DNA of 64,000 bases from Candidatus Levyibacteriota bacterium (GCA_016432345.1 CP066685.1:695740-759739); one strand, 5' to 3'; shown: positions 9,546 through 19,978, numbered from the stretch's first letter. Numbers and translations: made by a program. The notes: generated from the letters alone by a model not told the origin.

Positions 9546-9629
9546 TGCCGAAGAGAGGATTCGAACCTCCACGAGCTTTAGGCTCACAGCGTTCTGAACA
9601 CTGCATGTCTACCATTCCATCACTTCGGC
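9546..9629 (-). tRNA. tRNA-Leu(CAG)
   Basis: Anticodon arm CAGTG-TTCAGAA-CGCTG, long variable arm. Confidence 0.93.
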
Positions 9630-9699
9630 AAGTACACCTATTCTAACAAACACTGTAAAACTTGACAACAAACCAAAAAATGTGCAACTATAAAATACC

Positions 9700-10281
9700 A
9701 TGGGCAAATTTTTTAGACTTGCAATTTTTTTGTGCTTAACACCCGTTGTTTTTTTATTACTCTTTGTTTCTATTTCTTACCTCTCATATCTTAAAGTTTT
9801 TCAAGATCCATACCACGTGCATCTTTCCCAAAGTCAAACTGTAGCTTACGCCGCTTTGCCATCTGCACAGGATATTATCGAACAAGAAGTAATCATGCAG
9901 GATGCCAGAGTAGAAATGATAAAACAATTCTTTGCCAAATATAAATCGCCGCTAGAACCGTACGCAAAAGAGGTTGTTAACTATGCCGATGATTTTGGTC
10001 TTGATTTTCGGCTTATTCCCTCTATCGCCATGCAAGAATCTAACCTTTGTCTTAAAGCTCCAGTTGACTCCAACAACTGCTGGGGATTTGGCATATATGG
10101 CGGCAAGGTAAGAATGTTTAAAGACTATAAAGAAGGGATTTATGAAGTTACCAAAACCCTTGCTACAAACTACAAGAAAAATGGCTTAGAAACGCCAGAA
10201 CAAATTATGACTCGCTACACCCCAGGAAGCAATGGCAGTTGGGCTAGAGGAGTAACCCACTTTATGAATCAGCTTCAGTAA
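9700..10281 (+). CDS. membrane-anchored glucosaminidase/lysozyme-like protein
   Basis: SPL...LIPSIAMQES...NCWGFG motif. Confidence 0.75.
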   Translation: MGKFFRLAIFLCLTPVVFLLLFVSISYLSYLKVFQDPYHVHLSQSQTVAYAALPSAQDIIEQEVIMQDARVEMIKQFFAKYKSPLEPYAKEVVNYADDFGLDFRLIPSIAMQESNLCLKAPVDSNNCWGFGIYGGKVRMFKDYKEGIYEVTKTLATNYKKNGLETPEQIMTRYTPGSNGSWARGVTHFMNQLQ

Positions 10282-10380
10282 CCCATAGTAAACCCCTTGA
10301 CAAACCTATAGTTACATGATAAAATTCCCCCTTAGATCCTAAGGTATGGCCTTCAAAACCCCATACGTTAGGATTTTTTA

Positions 10381-10935
10381 ATGGTAAAAAAAGGAGTGCT
10401 TCTTTTTACAGTGCTGGCAATTATCTATCAAAACTTTATTCCAAATGTCTTTGCGCAGAAATCTGCAGGATCGTCTGCTGTGTCTATTGTCACACTTCCA
10501 GAACAAGAAGAAGACGCAAGAGTAAAAATTCTTAAAAAATATCTTGAAAAATACAATTCGCCTTTGGTAAATTATGCTAGTGTCTTTGTTGCGGAAGCTG
10601 ACAAAAACAATATTGATTATAGATTGCTTGTGGCTATATCTGGTGTCGAATCCACCTTTGGACAACAAATTCCTAATAATTCCTACAATGCGTGGGGATG
10701 GGGAATTTATGGCGATAATATGATTAGATTTTCGTCTTGGAACGAAGCTATTGCAACTATATCTGGCGAACTTAGACAAAAATATATAAATCAGTGGGGA
10801 GCTAAAGATGTCTATCAGATTGGAAGGTTTTATGCTGCTTCACCAACATGGGCATCCCGTGTTAATTACTTTATGGAAAAAATAAACGCGTTTGCCCTAA
10901 AAAATCCGGGGCAGTCTCTTCCCATTTCACTCTAA
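10381..10935 (+). CDS. secreted glucosaminidase/lysozyme-like protein, paralogue of previous gene
   Basis: SPL...LLVAISGVES...NAWGWG motif. Confidence 0.75.
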   Translation: MVKKGVLLFTVLAIIYQNFIPNVFAQKSAGSSAVSIVTLPEQEEDARVKILKKYLEKYNSPLVNYASVFVAEADKNNIDYRLLVAISGVESTFGQQIPNNSYNAWGWGIYGDNMIRFSSWNEAIATISGELRQKYINQWGAKDVYQIGRFYAASPTWASRVNYFMEKINAFALKNPGQSLPISL

Positions 10936-10959
10936 GTAAGGTATAATTGCCATTTAGAA

Positions 10960-11042
10960 GGGTCGGTGGCGGAACTAGGTATACGCGTATGGTTTAGGAC
11001 CATATCCCGAAAGGGTTGGAGGTTCGATTCCTCTCCGACCCA
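10960..11042 (+). tRNA. tRNA-Leu(TAG)
   Basis: Anticodon arm TATGG-TTTAGGA-CCATA; directly upstream of tig. Confidence 0.93.
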
Positions 11043-11055
11043 CCCGTAAATAATT

Positions 11056-11889
11056 ATGAACATTACATCAACAATCGAAAAGCTAAAAGACAATACAATT
11101 AAATTAACTATTACTATCCCCAGTAACATGGTTAAAAAAACCTGGGAAAAAGTAGTTGAGGAAACATCAAAAAACGCCAAAGTTTCGGGTTTTCGTAAAG
11201 GCAAGGCGCCAAAAAAATTGATTGAAGAACAAATTGACACCGAAAAAATACGTGAAGAGGTTCTTAAAGAATTACTTCCTCAAGCCTATATCGAAACTGT
11301 TAAAAAACACAACATTACCCCAATTGTTAATCCAAAAATTCATGTCGAAAAATTTGAAGAAGGTGGAGATTGGGAATTTACCGCCCTTACTTGCGAAACA
11401 CCAGAAGTAAATCTTGGTAAATATAAAGACGAGATTCAAAAAATTACTGCCAAATCAAAAATTATCATTCCTGGTAAAGAGCCGCAGCAACCAAACTTTG
11501 ATGAGATTGTAAAAACTCTGCTTGCAGCCACAACAGCAATTATTCCATCAATGCTTATCGAACACGAAGTAGATAGGCTTTTAAGCCAAACGCTTGACGA
11601 AGTAAAGCGGCTTGGCATGACACTTGAGCAGTACTTAAATGCTACAAAAAGAACACCGCAAAACCTTCGAGAAGAGTATCAAAAAAAGGCAGAAACCGAC
11701 ATAAAATTGGAGTTTGTTTTACAAAAAATTGCCGAAGCAGAAAAAATCGTTGTTGAAGAAAAAGAAATACAAGAAGCAATCCAAAAAGCCAAGGATGAAA
11801 CAGAACGAAAAAACCTGGAGGCAAACAAATATCTTCTAGCTTCAATCCTGCGACAACAAAAGACTCTTGATTTTCTGCGCAACCTGTGA
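11056..11889 (+). CDS. tig: trigger factor lacking the PPIase domain
   Basis: GFRKGKAP ribosome-binding motif; 277 aa. Confidence 0.9.
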   Translation: MNITSTIEKLKDNTIKLTITIPSNMVKKTWEKVVEETSKNAKVSGFRKGKAPKKLIEEQIDTEKIREEVLKELLPQAYIETVKKHNITPIVNPKIHVEKFEEGGDWEFTALTCETPEVNLGKYKDEIQKITAKSKIIIPGKEPQQPNFDEIVKTLLAATTAIIPSMLIEHEVDRLLSQTLDEVKRLGMTLEQYLNATKRTPQNLREEYQKKAETDIKLEFVLQKIAEAEKIVVEEKEIQEAIQKAKDETERKNLEANKYLLASILRQQKTLDFLRNL

Positions 11890-11917
11890 TAAGGTAAACC
11901 CGAAATGGGGAAGCGCT

Positions 11918-12511
11918 ATGCAAATTACAACGCAAAAAAAGCAGAAAAACTCTTTAGGGCAATTTGTTGATCAAAACCCGGTCGAAGCAATTCGCAGTAT
12001 CGGTGGTGGTACCGAGTGGACTAATGATTTTTGGGAACAACTACTTGGTGAGAAAGAAAAGAAACAACCTCAAAAAAGTGGCGAACTTCAGGAAGGACAA
12101 GATCTTAATTTATCAATTGAACCAGGAATTGATTACAGACGAGAAATAATTCATGGTTCAGAAAAAATAGCCTCCGAAGAAAACCAGGCTCTTATTCAAC
12201 AAATAGAAATGATAGTTCTTGAACTTAAACGCTTGAGCGCATCTTCAAAAGAATTGGAAATTGAATTCAAAGATGTAATTGTTACCCAAAATGTGGTTAA
12301 ACCCGGCAAATATCACCAGGGTTTTTTTGAATGGATGCTAATAATTATTAAAACTGCCCGCCTGCGAATAGAAGATGCTGGCGCCTGGCTTTCTGCCATG
12401 AAAGGCAAAAAAGGTAAAAAACAATCACAAAATTACTGGGAAAGATTTAAAAAAGAGGGCACCACTTTTGGCCTCTCCAACGAACGCGTCGTTTCCACCC
12501 AAACAGGGTAA
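11918..12511 (+). CDS. DUF5660-like protein
   Basis: KPGKYHxxFFEW...YW..FKKxGTxFxLSxER..TQTG resembles a Microgenomates family (from recall). Confidence 0.65.
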   Translation: MQITTQKKQKNSLGQFVDQNPVEAIRSIGGGTEWTNDFWEQLLGEKEKKQPQKSGELQEGQDLNLSIEPGIDYRREIIHGSEKIASEENQALIQQIEMIVLELKRLSASSKELEIEFKDVIVTQNVVKPGKYHQGFFEWMLIIIKTARLRIEDAGAWLSAMKGKKGKKQSQNYWERFKKEGTTFGLSNERVVSTQTG

Positions 12512-12529
12512 AATAAAAGGGTTATTAAT

Positions 12530-13150
12530 ATGAATGAGTTACCCACCGCTGGTAATCCCGAAACCTCCCGCTTTCCAGAATTTGAGTATGGAAGAGATTT
12601 ATATGTTCAACTTTTTAAGGATGATACTCCTTTTGTTAACTTAGGTTATCTTCCTTATCAAAGAATTATAGCAGAAAGGGCACTCAGTATTTTAGAAAAT
12701 GATGGACATATTAGGCTAACACCTATGCCTTGTGCTACGTTCACAGGAGAAAAAGGAGATCTTGGTGATGCTGTATATCTCTATTTGCTCAGGCATGACG
12801 GGTACAGTCTTCACGCTGATGTGGAAGTCCCAGAAGGCGGTATTGATCAATCTTGGATTTTAAGACATACTTTTTTTGGAAGTGAAGCTAGCAGCACAGT
12901 TGTAGAAATTAATATGCTTCCGGGAGACACTAATTGTGAAGATCTAACTAGTTTAGTTAGACATTTATATGAGGAAAAAGGAGTACAAATAGGTGGTCAT
13001 CCAGAAATTCATTTAGAACCGGACGCATTGTTATCCCGAGTAAAATCAGCTTTGTCTTCCTCAACACACCAGGTGTGTGGTAGCTTGACACATAAGGAAA
13101 AATGGTACAATCGTTATGATGATTACGAAGCTTTACTGTTATGTAGATGA
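12530..13150 (+). CDS. hypothetical protein
   Basis: 206-aa ORF, no motif recognised. Confidence 0.55.
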   Translation: MNELPTAGNPETSRFPEFEYGRDLYVQLFKDDTPFVNLGYLPYQRIIAERALSILENDGHIRLTPMPCATFTGEKGDLGDAVYLYLLRHDGYSLHADVEVPEGGIDQSWILRHTFFGSEASSTVVEINMLPGDTNCEDLTSLVRHLYEEKGVQIGGHPEIHLEPDALLSRVKSALSSSTHQVCGSLTHKEKWYNRYDDYEALLLCR

Positions 13151-13695
13151 AAGCGGTCAAAATACAAAAGGAAAAGTATTTGTCGTTTCTGTGGTTGTAA
13201 CAGGTCAAAAACGGGAAGAACTTATAAAGATTTGTGAACAATTAGAACAAGTTAGTGGTAAGCGGAAGGATAAATGGGGCGAAGCTGATCATGAAGAACG
13301 AATGCGTTATCTTCATCATATTTTTGCAGATGACCGTTTTAGGGGCTGTTTACGCTACGAAGTGTTTCGTCAAACAATCGATTACGATACGGCAACTATT
13401 AAAGGTATTGTTGCATCAATAAAATGGGAAAAACCGAGTAGCAAGTATACTACGCTTATATATTGATGGACTTAGAAAAACAAAACGGCATGAATATGGA
13501 GCAAAACTTCGTCATTTGGGACTATCTGTTAGAAAAGTACAAGGAATTGCGAAAGACGAAAGTAATACTTTAACTCGTCTTGCTGATGCTATTGCTGGCT
13601 TTGTACTTGACGCAGTGGATGGCACATCGGAAGAGATAAAAGCATTATTTCGAAAAGCAAAGCGGGATAGTATGCTTATTGAAGTTTCTCCATAA
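13116..13695 (+). pseudogene. DUF3800-like RNase H-fold protein, frameshifted near 13460
   Basis: YVDESG start; second frame continues IDGLRK...LTRLADAIAGF...EVSP* ending 13695. Confidence 0.75.
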
Positions 13696-13776
13696 AAAAA
13701 CCACCCACTAAGGGGTGGAGGAGCCTAGTCTTTTGAGAGACACATGCCATAACGGACAGTTTTCAGCTCTGATTTG
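13694..13776 (-). ncRNA. candidate small RNA convergent on the DUF3800 gene
   Basis: TTGACG-17-TATAAA promoter (13810-13782); terminator CCACCC/GGGTGG-T7; internal stems. Confidence 0.5.
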
Positions 13777-13827
13777 CATTATTTATATCACATTTCTGCT
13801 TTTTCGTCAATGCCAAAAAATCAACAG

Positions 13828-13966
13828 TTGATTTTACTCGGAAAATTCTATACAATTCTAAAGGTGAAACAATTTTGCATTCTTACTGTCGTCCTTATTG
13901 ATCTCGCATAAACGAGCGGGGCTGACTGTAGAAAAACATACTCCCGCTCATAAGCGGGATTTTTTT
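13828..13966 (+). promoter_or_regulatory. ilvBNC promoter and attenuator
   Basis: Antiterminator GAGCGGG/CCCGCTC; terminator TCCCGCT-CATA-AGCGGGA-T7. Confidence 0.87.
13864..13911 (+). CDS. ilv leader peptide MKQFCILTVVLIDLA
   Basis: GTG 7 nt after TACAAT (-35 TTGATT, 17 bp spacer); 7 of last 10 codons are Ile/Leu/Val. Confidence 0.85.
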   Translation: MKQFCILTVVLIDLA

Positions 13967-15652
13967 ATGAAACAAATGTCGGGTGGGCATATGCTGATGG
14001 AAACTTTCTTAAAAGAAGGTGTGGATTTAATTTTTGGCTATCCAGGGGGCGCTATTATGCCTGTATATAATGCCCTGTATGATTACCGAGGAAAAATCCG
14101 CCATATCTTAGTCCGCCACGAGCAAGGCGCATCCCACGCCGCAGAAGGATATGCCCGCATAACTGGCAAACCAGGTGTTTGCTTGGCCACTTCTGGTCCC
14201 GGCGCCACCAATCTTATTACCGGCATTACCGATGCCTTAATGGACTCTGTGCCTTTAGTCTGTATTACAGGACAAGTTGCTTCCCATTTGGTTGGAACAG
14301 ATGCTTTTCAGGAAGCAGACATCGTTGGCATGACTACACCAATTACTAAATGGAATTACCAAATTACCAAAGCCTATGAAATCGTTAACGTCATTGCCAA
14401 AGCATTTAGTATTGCCAAATCAGGCAGACCTGGACCTGTTTTAATTGATATTACCAAAGACGCCCAAATTGATACAGGCAGTTTTTCCTACAAACCATAC
14501 CAGATTAAAAAAACATATCTCTCGCTTATTACACAAAAGAATAATATTAAAAAAGCAGCAGACCTTCTAAATAATGCCAAACGGCCTTATGTACTTATTG
14601 GTCATGGAGTGCAAATTTCATATGCCGAAAAAGAGCTTTTACAGTTTGTAGAAAAAGGCGGATTTCCGACTGCCGCAACCATCCACGGATTATCTTCTCT
14701 TCCCGCCAATCATCCTCTTTATGTTGGCATGCTTGGTATGCACGGCAATTACGGATCTAACATCCTAACAAACAAAGCAGATGTGATTATTGCCATCGGC
14801 ATGCGATTTGACGATAGGGTAACAGGAAGAATAAAAGACTATGCGCCTCAAGCCAAAATTGTTCATGTTGACATTGATCAAAGCGAGCACAATAAAATTA
14901 TAAAAACCGCTTTGGCAATAGTTGGCGACGCAAAAGAAGTTTTGCGAAAACTTATCCCCCTTATTAAGAAAAACTCTCACGCAGAGTGGATAAAAGAGTT
15001 TAGAAAATGTGATGCAATAGAATATGAAAAAGCCGTTCGCCCCGAAATGGCGCCAACAACCCCTCTTATCAAGATGGCAGAAGTTATCGCCATGCTGTCA
15101 AAAAAAACAAACGGCCAATCTATTATTGTTGCCGATGTGGGACAACATCAAATGATGGCAGCGCGTTATTATAAATTTCAAAAACCGAAAAGCTTTATCA
15201 CATCCGGCGGACTTGGCACTATGGGTTTTGCTTTACCGGCAAGTATTGGTGTCAAACTCGCCAGTCCAAAACGAAATGTAATTGCTGTTATTGGCGATGG
15301 CAGTTTTCAAATGACTATTCAAGAACTGGCAACAATTACCCAGGAAAAATTACCTGTTAAAATAATACTATTGAATAATAACTATTTAGGTATGGTGCGA
15401 CAATGGCAAGAGTTATTTTTTGACAGAAGGTATTCTTTTGTCGATTTAGATAATCCGGATTTTATCCAAGTGGCAAAAGGATTTCGCATTCCAGGCTTAA
15501 AAGTGGAAAAACGAAAAGATTTGGCAAAGGGAGTAGATAAAATGCTTTTAGCAAAAACACCATTTCTTTTGGAAGTGCATGTCGAAAAGGAAGGAAATGT
15601 TTTTCCCATGATGCCAACCGGCGCTTCGGTGGAGGAGATAAGACTGGAATAA
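13967..15652 (+). CDS. ilvB: acetolactate synthase large subunit
   Basis: FGYPGG, RHEQ, GDG...NN TPP motif; start moved to ATG 13967 after the attenuator. Confidence 0.96.
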   Translation: MKQMSGGHMLMETFLKEGVDLIFGYPGGAIMPVYNALYDYRGKIRHILVRHEQGASHAAEGYARITGKPGVCLATSGPGATNLITGITDALMDSVPLVCITGQVASHLVGTDAFQEADIVGMTTPITKWNYQITKAYEIVNVIAKAFSIAKSGRPGPVLIDITKDAQIDTGSFSYKPYQIKKTYLSLITQKNNIKKAADLLNNAKRPYVLIGHGVQISYAEKELLQFVEKGGFPTAATIHGLSSLPANHPLYVGMLGMHGNYGSNILTNKADVIIAIGMRFDDRVTGRIKDYAPQAKIVHVDIDQSEHNKIIKTALAIVGDAKEVLRKLIPLIKKNSHAEWIKEFRKCDAIEYEKAVRPEMAPTTPLIKMAEVIAMLSKKTNGQSIIVADVGQHQMMAARYYKFQKPKSFITSGGLGTMGFALPASIGVKLASPKRNVIAVIGDGSFQMTIQELATITQEKLPVKIILLNNNYLGMVRQWQELFFDRRYSFVDLDNPDFIQVAKGFRIPGLKVEKRKDLAKGVDKMLLAKTPFLLEVHVEKEGNVFPMMPTGASVEEIRLE

Positions 15653-15653
15653 T

Positions 15654-15902
15654 ATGAACATTCAAACCTATACCATAACAGTTGAATCCGAAAATAAACC
15701 AGGAGTACTCTACCGTATCGCCGGTATTTTTGTGCGGCGAAAAATTAATGTTGAAAGTTTGTCTGTTGCCGAAACAAAAACTAAGGGCTTGTCAAAATTT
15801 TCAATTATTGCTAATATTACACCATACAACGCAAAAAGAGTTATTGAAAGCATTAAAAAAATTGTGGAAGTAACCGACGTTAATGCCGTAATCAAAAAAT
15901 GA
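15654..15902 (+). CDS. ilvN: acetolactate synthase small (ACT) subunit
   Basis: ENKPGVLxRIxGxFxRRxINxESL. Confidence 0.9.
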   Translation: MNIQTYTITVESENKPGVLYRIAGIFVRRKINVESLSVAETKTKGLSKFSIIANITPYNAKRVIESIKKIVEVTDVNAVIKK

Positions 15903-15946
15903 AACAAAATAATAATAACCTACAAAAACTCTAAACTGCCTCTTAT

Positions 15947-16993
15947 ATGAAAATAAATTTTGGCGGTGTCATCGAAGACGTGGTCACCCGAAAAGAATTT
16001 CCATTGACAAAAGCAAAGCAAGTGCTTAAAGACGAGGTAATTGCAGTAATTGGTTATGGCGTGCAAGGACCAGCCCAGGCATTAAACTTGCGGGATAACG
16101 GCTTTAGTGTGATTGTGGGACAACGAAAAGGTGGTCAGTCATTTGAAAAAGCCCAAAAAGACGGCTGGAAAGAGGGAAAAAACCTTTTCGATATAGAAGA
16201 AGCGGCAAAACGGGGAACCATTATTTGTTACCTTCTTTCCGATGCCGGGCAAATTCAATCCTGGCCGATTATTAAAAAACATCTAACACCTGGCAAAGCC
16301 TTATATTTTTCTCACGGCTTTGGTATAACTTACAAAAAACATACCAAGATTGTACCGCCAAAAAATGTTGATGTTATTTTGGTGGCCCCCAAAGGCTCGG
16401 GACGCACTGTCCGCAAACTCTTTACCGAAGGTAAAGGCATTAACAGCAGTTTTGCCATTTTCCAGGACGCCACAAAAAAAGCAAAAGAACGAATACTTGC
16501 AATAGGCATAGCCATAGGATCGGGTTATTTATTTGAAACAACGTTTGAAAAAGAGGTTTTTAGCGACCTAACAGGAGAAAGAGGCGTTTTAATGGGCGCC
16601 ATTGCCGGGGTTATGGAAGCGCAGTATAATTTGCTTCGCAAAAAGGGGCACACGCCATCGGAAGCATTTAACGAAACGGTCGAAGAAGCCACCCAAAGTC
16701 TTATTCCTTTAATTTCCGAAAACGGCATGGACTGGATGTTTGCCAATTGTTCAACCACGGCACAGCGCGGAGCGCTAGATTGGAAAGGAAAATTTAGAAA
16801 AGCTGTCGAACCGATATTTAATGATTTATACAAAAAAGTAAAATCAGGTTACGAAGCGCAGGTTACCATTAAAGCAAATAGCAAGAAAAATTATAAAGTT
16901 GGTTTGCAAAAAGAATTAGACACCATCAAAAATTCCGAAATGTGGAAAACAGGAACCACCGTCCGCTCCCTTCGCCCCGAACGACAAAAGTAA
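15947..16993 (+). CDS. ilvC: ketol-acid reductoisomerase, Bacteroidetes/fungal-like form
   Basis: GYGVQG, APKG, SDLTGER, CSTTAQRG. Confidence 0.95.
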   Translation: MKINFGGVIEDVVTRKEFPLTKAKQVLKDEVIAVIGYGVQGPAQALNLRDNGFSVIVGQRKGGQSFEKAQKDGWKEGKNLFDIEEAAKRGTIICYLLSDAGQIQSWPIIKKHLTPGKALYFSHGFGITYKKHTKIVPPKNVDVILVAPKGSGRTVRKLFTEGKGINSSFAIFQDATKKAKERILAIGIAIGSGYLFETTFEKEVFSDLTGERGVLMGAIAGVMEAQYNLLRKKGHTPSEAFNETVEEATQSLIPLISENGMDWMFANCSTTAQRGALDWKGKFRKAVEPIFNDLYKKVKSGYEAQVTIKANSKKNYKVGLQKELDTIKNSEMWKTGTTVRSLRPERQK

Positions 16994-16997
16994 GCGT

Positions 16998-17150
16998 TTG
17001 ACAAATAAGACACAACCTCTTATACTACGATTAATGAAGACAAATCAAAACATTCTCCTTACTATTGATCTCCTCCTTACGGAGATCTAATGGTTTGGGA
17101 GAAATAATTTTTAGATAATAACAATCTCCCAAGCAAGGGAGATTTTTTTT
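16998..17150 (+). promoter_or_regulatory. leu operon promoter and attenuator
   Basis: Pause hairpin GATCTCC/GGAGATC; antiterminator TTGGGAGA/TCTCCCAA; terminator AATCTCCC/GGGAGATT plus T-run. Confidence 0.88.
17034..17090 (+). CDS. leu leader peptide MKTNQNILLTIDLLLTEI
   Basis: ATG 7 nt after TATACT (-35 TTGACA, 17 bp spacer); five CTC/CTT Leu codons. Confidence 0.88.
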   Translation: MKTNQNILLTIDLLLTEI

Positions 17151-18293
17151 ATGAAAAAACAGATTTTTATTTTTGACACAACTTTAAGGGATGGCGAGCA
17201 AGTACCCGGCTGTCAGTTAAATACTATTGAAAAAATTCAGGTGGCAAAAGCCTTAGACGAGCTTGGAATTGACATTATCGAAGCGGGCTTTCCAATCTCC
17301 AGCCCAGGAGATTTAAAATCTATTATTGAACTTTCCAAAGTCGTAACTCGGCCTACCATTTGCTCCTTATCCCGCGCTATTAAAGAAGATATTGATGCGG
17401 CCGCAGAAAGTCTAAAATTTGCCAAGCATAAACGAATACACACATTTATAAGCTCTTCCGATGTACAAATTAAATATCAGTTTAAATCCACCCGCGAAAA
17501 AATTATGCAGCAAGGCATTGAGGCTGTAAAATATGCCAAAAAGTTTACCCAGGATGTGGAATTTTCGGCCATGGACGCAGGCCGATCTGACAACGCATTT
17601 TTAGCAAAATTTATCGAAAATACAATCAAAGCCGGAGCCACTACTGTTAACATTCCCGACACTACAGGTTATTGTTTACCCGATGAGTTTGGTGAAAAAA
17701 TTAAATACTTATTCGAAAATGTCAAGGGAATTGATAAAGTAATTGTCAGCGTCCACTGCCATAACGACCTAGGACTAGCTACCGCTAATACCATTGCCGC
17801 TGTCCAAAATGGCGCGCGGCAAATAGAAGTAACTGTCAATGGTGTAGGCGAGAGGGCAGGCAACACCTCGCTTGAAGAAGCAGTGATGATCTTAAAAACA
17901 AGAGTTGATTTAAACGCTACAACCAGCATTAATACCAAATTAATTTGTCAAACATCTCAACTTGTTTCCAAACTTATGCACATGCCTGTTCAGCCAAACA
18001 AAGCCATCGTTGGCAAAAATGCCTTTGCCCACTCGTCAGGTATCCATCAAAACGGCGTCTTAAAAAACCGATTTACCTACGAAATTATTAACCCGGAAGA
18101 TGTTGGTGCTAAATCTTCGCTTGTTCTTACAGCCAGATCAGGACGATCAGCTTTAAGGTACCATTTAGAACGCTTGGGTTACAAAAAACTTTCCCAAACC
18201 CAAATTAATAGTACTTATCAAAAATTTTTAATGCTGGCAGACCAGAAAAAAGATTTAGGCGACAATGATTTAAAATATCTAATGAGTAATTAA
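17151..18293 (+). CDS. leuA: 2-isopropylmalate synthase, short form without regulatory domain
   Basis: [29 protein letters not shown]; 380 aa. Confidence 0.93.
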   Translation: MKKQIFIFDTTLRDGEQVPGCQLNTIEKIQVAKALDELGIDIIEAGFPISSPGDLKSIIELSKVVTRPTICSLSRAIKEDIDAAAESLKFAKHKRIHTFISSSDVQIKYQFKSTREKIMQQGIEAVKYAKKFTQDVEFSAMDAGRSDNAFLAKFIENTIKAGATTVNIPDTTGYCLPDEFGEKIKYLFENVKGIDKVIVSVHCHNDLGLATANTIAAVQNGARQIEVTVNGVGERAGNTSLEEAVMILKTRVDLNATTSINTKLICQTSQLVSKLMHMPVQPNKAIVGKNAFAHSSGIHQNGVLKNRFTYEIINPEDVGAKSSLVLTARSGRSALRYHLERLGYKKLSQTQINSTYQKFLMLADQKKDLGDNDLKYLMSN

Positions 18294-18295
18294 AT

Positions 18296-19978
18296 ATGAA
18301 AAGAAGCGATGCCTTAACTAAAGGAATTAAACGCGCGCCTGCCAGGGCAATGCTGCGGGCAGTTGGGTTTACAGATAAAGATTTTGGGAAACCAATTATA
18401 ACTGTGGCCTGTCCTTATACCAATGCCACCCCCTGCAATGCCCATATCCAGGATTTAGGCAACATAGCCCTGTCTGAAATAGAAAAAAAGGGTGGCAAAG
18501 GATTTATTTTTGGTACCCCTGTTGTCACAGATGGCGAAACAATGGGCATGGAAGGCATGAAGTATTCTCTTGTTAGCCGCGAACTTATTGCCGATTGCAT
18601 CGAAACCATGCACGAAGCGTATTCAGCCGATGCTGCTTTTACACTATCAGGATGCGACAAAACTATCCCAGCAGCTCTTATGCCACTGGCACGAAATAAC
18701 AATGTTGGACTAACACTTTATGGCGGAACAATTCGCCCAGGAAAATATAAAGGCAAAGATTTAACTATTGTTAGTACCTTTGAAGCAGTAGGAAGTTATA
18801 TTGCTGGAAAAATATCAGATGACGAACTTCATCAAATAGAGTGTCATTCTTGTCCAGGCAACGGCGCTTGCGGAGGCATGTATACGGCCAATACCATGGC
18901 TTCGGCGATTGAGGCTTTAGGAATGAGTATTCCGGGCAGCGCATCCCACCCGGCAGTTGATAAGCATAATAAAATTTCAGTAAAAAAAGTACAAGATATT
19001 AAAAAATCAATAACCGCACTCTTTATGCTTCTGGAAAAGAATATCCGAGCGCGGGATATTATAACTAAAAAGGCCTTTGAAAACGCTATCACAGTTGTTT
19101 TGGCATTGGGCGGTTCCACAAATGCAGTACTTCATCTTATTGCTCTTGCTCATGAAGCAGAAATAAATCTAACAATTGACGATTTTACTCGCATTGGCAA
19201 AAAAATTCCTTTAATTGGCAATTTTAAACCCTTTGGCGACTATGTAATGGAAGATTTAGATAATATTGGCGGCGTACCAATGGTAATGAAAATGCTCCTT
19301 GATGCAGGACATCTATATGGAGATTGCCTAACAGTCACTGGAAAAACCGTGTCCGAAAATCTTAAAAATGCCCCAAAACGGGAAACCAACCAAAACGTTA
19401 TTTATAGTCTCGAAAAACCATTATCTCCTCCACAACATCATATTATTATTTTAAGAGGCAACCTTGCGCCTGATGGCGCAGTGTTAAAACTAAGCGGAAA
19501 AGAAATGAAGTTTCATTCTGGTCCTGCCCGGGTTTTTAACTGCGAAGAAGAAGCTTTGGACGCAATTCTGCAGGGAAAAATAAAAAAAGGCGATTGTGTT
19601 GTAATTCGCTACGAGGGGCCAAAAGGCGGCCCGGGCATGCGGGAAATGCTTTCGCCATCCAGCGCTTTAATGGGCGCGGGACTTGGCAAAGATGTAGCTT
19701 TAATTACCGATGGACGTTTTTCTGGCGGCACACACGGCATCATGGTTGGCCACATTGCGCCAGAAGCAGAAAGAGGCGGACCAATTGCAACTATAAAAGA
19801 GGGTGATACAATAACAATTGATCTTGCAAAACGGACAGTTGATGTCGAACTTTCGAATGTCGAAATTAAAAAACGGCTGACAAAATGGAAAGCGCCAAAA
19901 GCGCAATACACCAGGGGCGTTTTGGCAAAGTACGCAAAATTAGTCTCAAGCGCAAGTAAAGGAGCGGTAACATCATGA
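18296..19978 (+). CDS. ilvD: dihydroxy-acid dehydratase
   Basis: [24 protein letters not shown]. Confidence 0.96.
   Translation: MKRSDALTKGIKRAPARAMLRAVGFTDKDFGKPIITVACPYTNATPCNAHIQDLGNIALSEIEKKGGKGFIFGTPVVTDGETMGMEGMKYSLVSRELIADCIETMHEAYSADAAFTLSGCDKTIPAALMPLARNNNVGLTLYGGTIRPGKYKGKDLTIVSTFEAVGSYIAGKISDDELHQIECHSCPGNGACGGMYTANTMASAIEALGMSIPGSASHPAVDKHNKISVKKVQDIKKSITALFMLLEKNIRARDIITKKAFENAITVVLALGGSTNAVLHLIALAHEAEINLTIDDFTRIGKKIPLIGNFKPFGDYVMEDLDNIGGVPMVMKMLLDAGHLYGDCLTVTGKTVSENLKNAPKRETNQNVIYSLEKPLSPPQHHIIILRGNLAPDGAVLKLSGKEMKFHSGPARVFNCEEEALDAILQGKIKKGDCVVIRYEGPKGGPGMREMLSPSSALMGAGLGKDVALITDGRFSGGTHGIMVGHIAPEAERGGPIATIKEGDTITIDLAKRTVDVELSNVEIKKRLTKWKAPKAQYTRGVLAKYAKLVSSASKGAVTS

Noticed and set aside
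13898-13966. ORF-track N-terminal extensions of ilvB (13898) and DAHP synthase (27830)
   Set aside because: They run through attenuator hairpins; homology-like sequence begins at ATG 13967 and 27872
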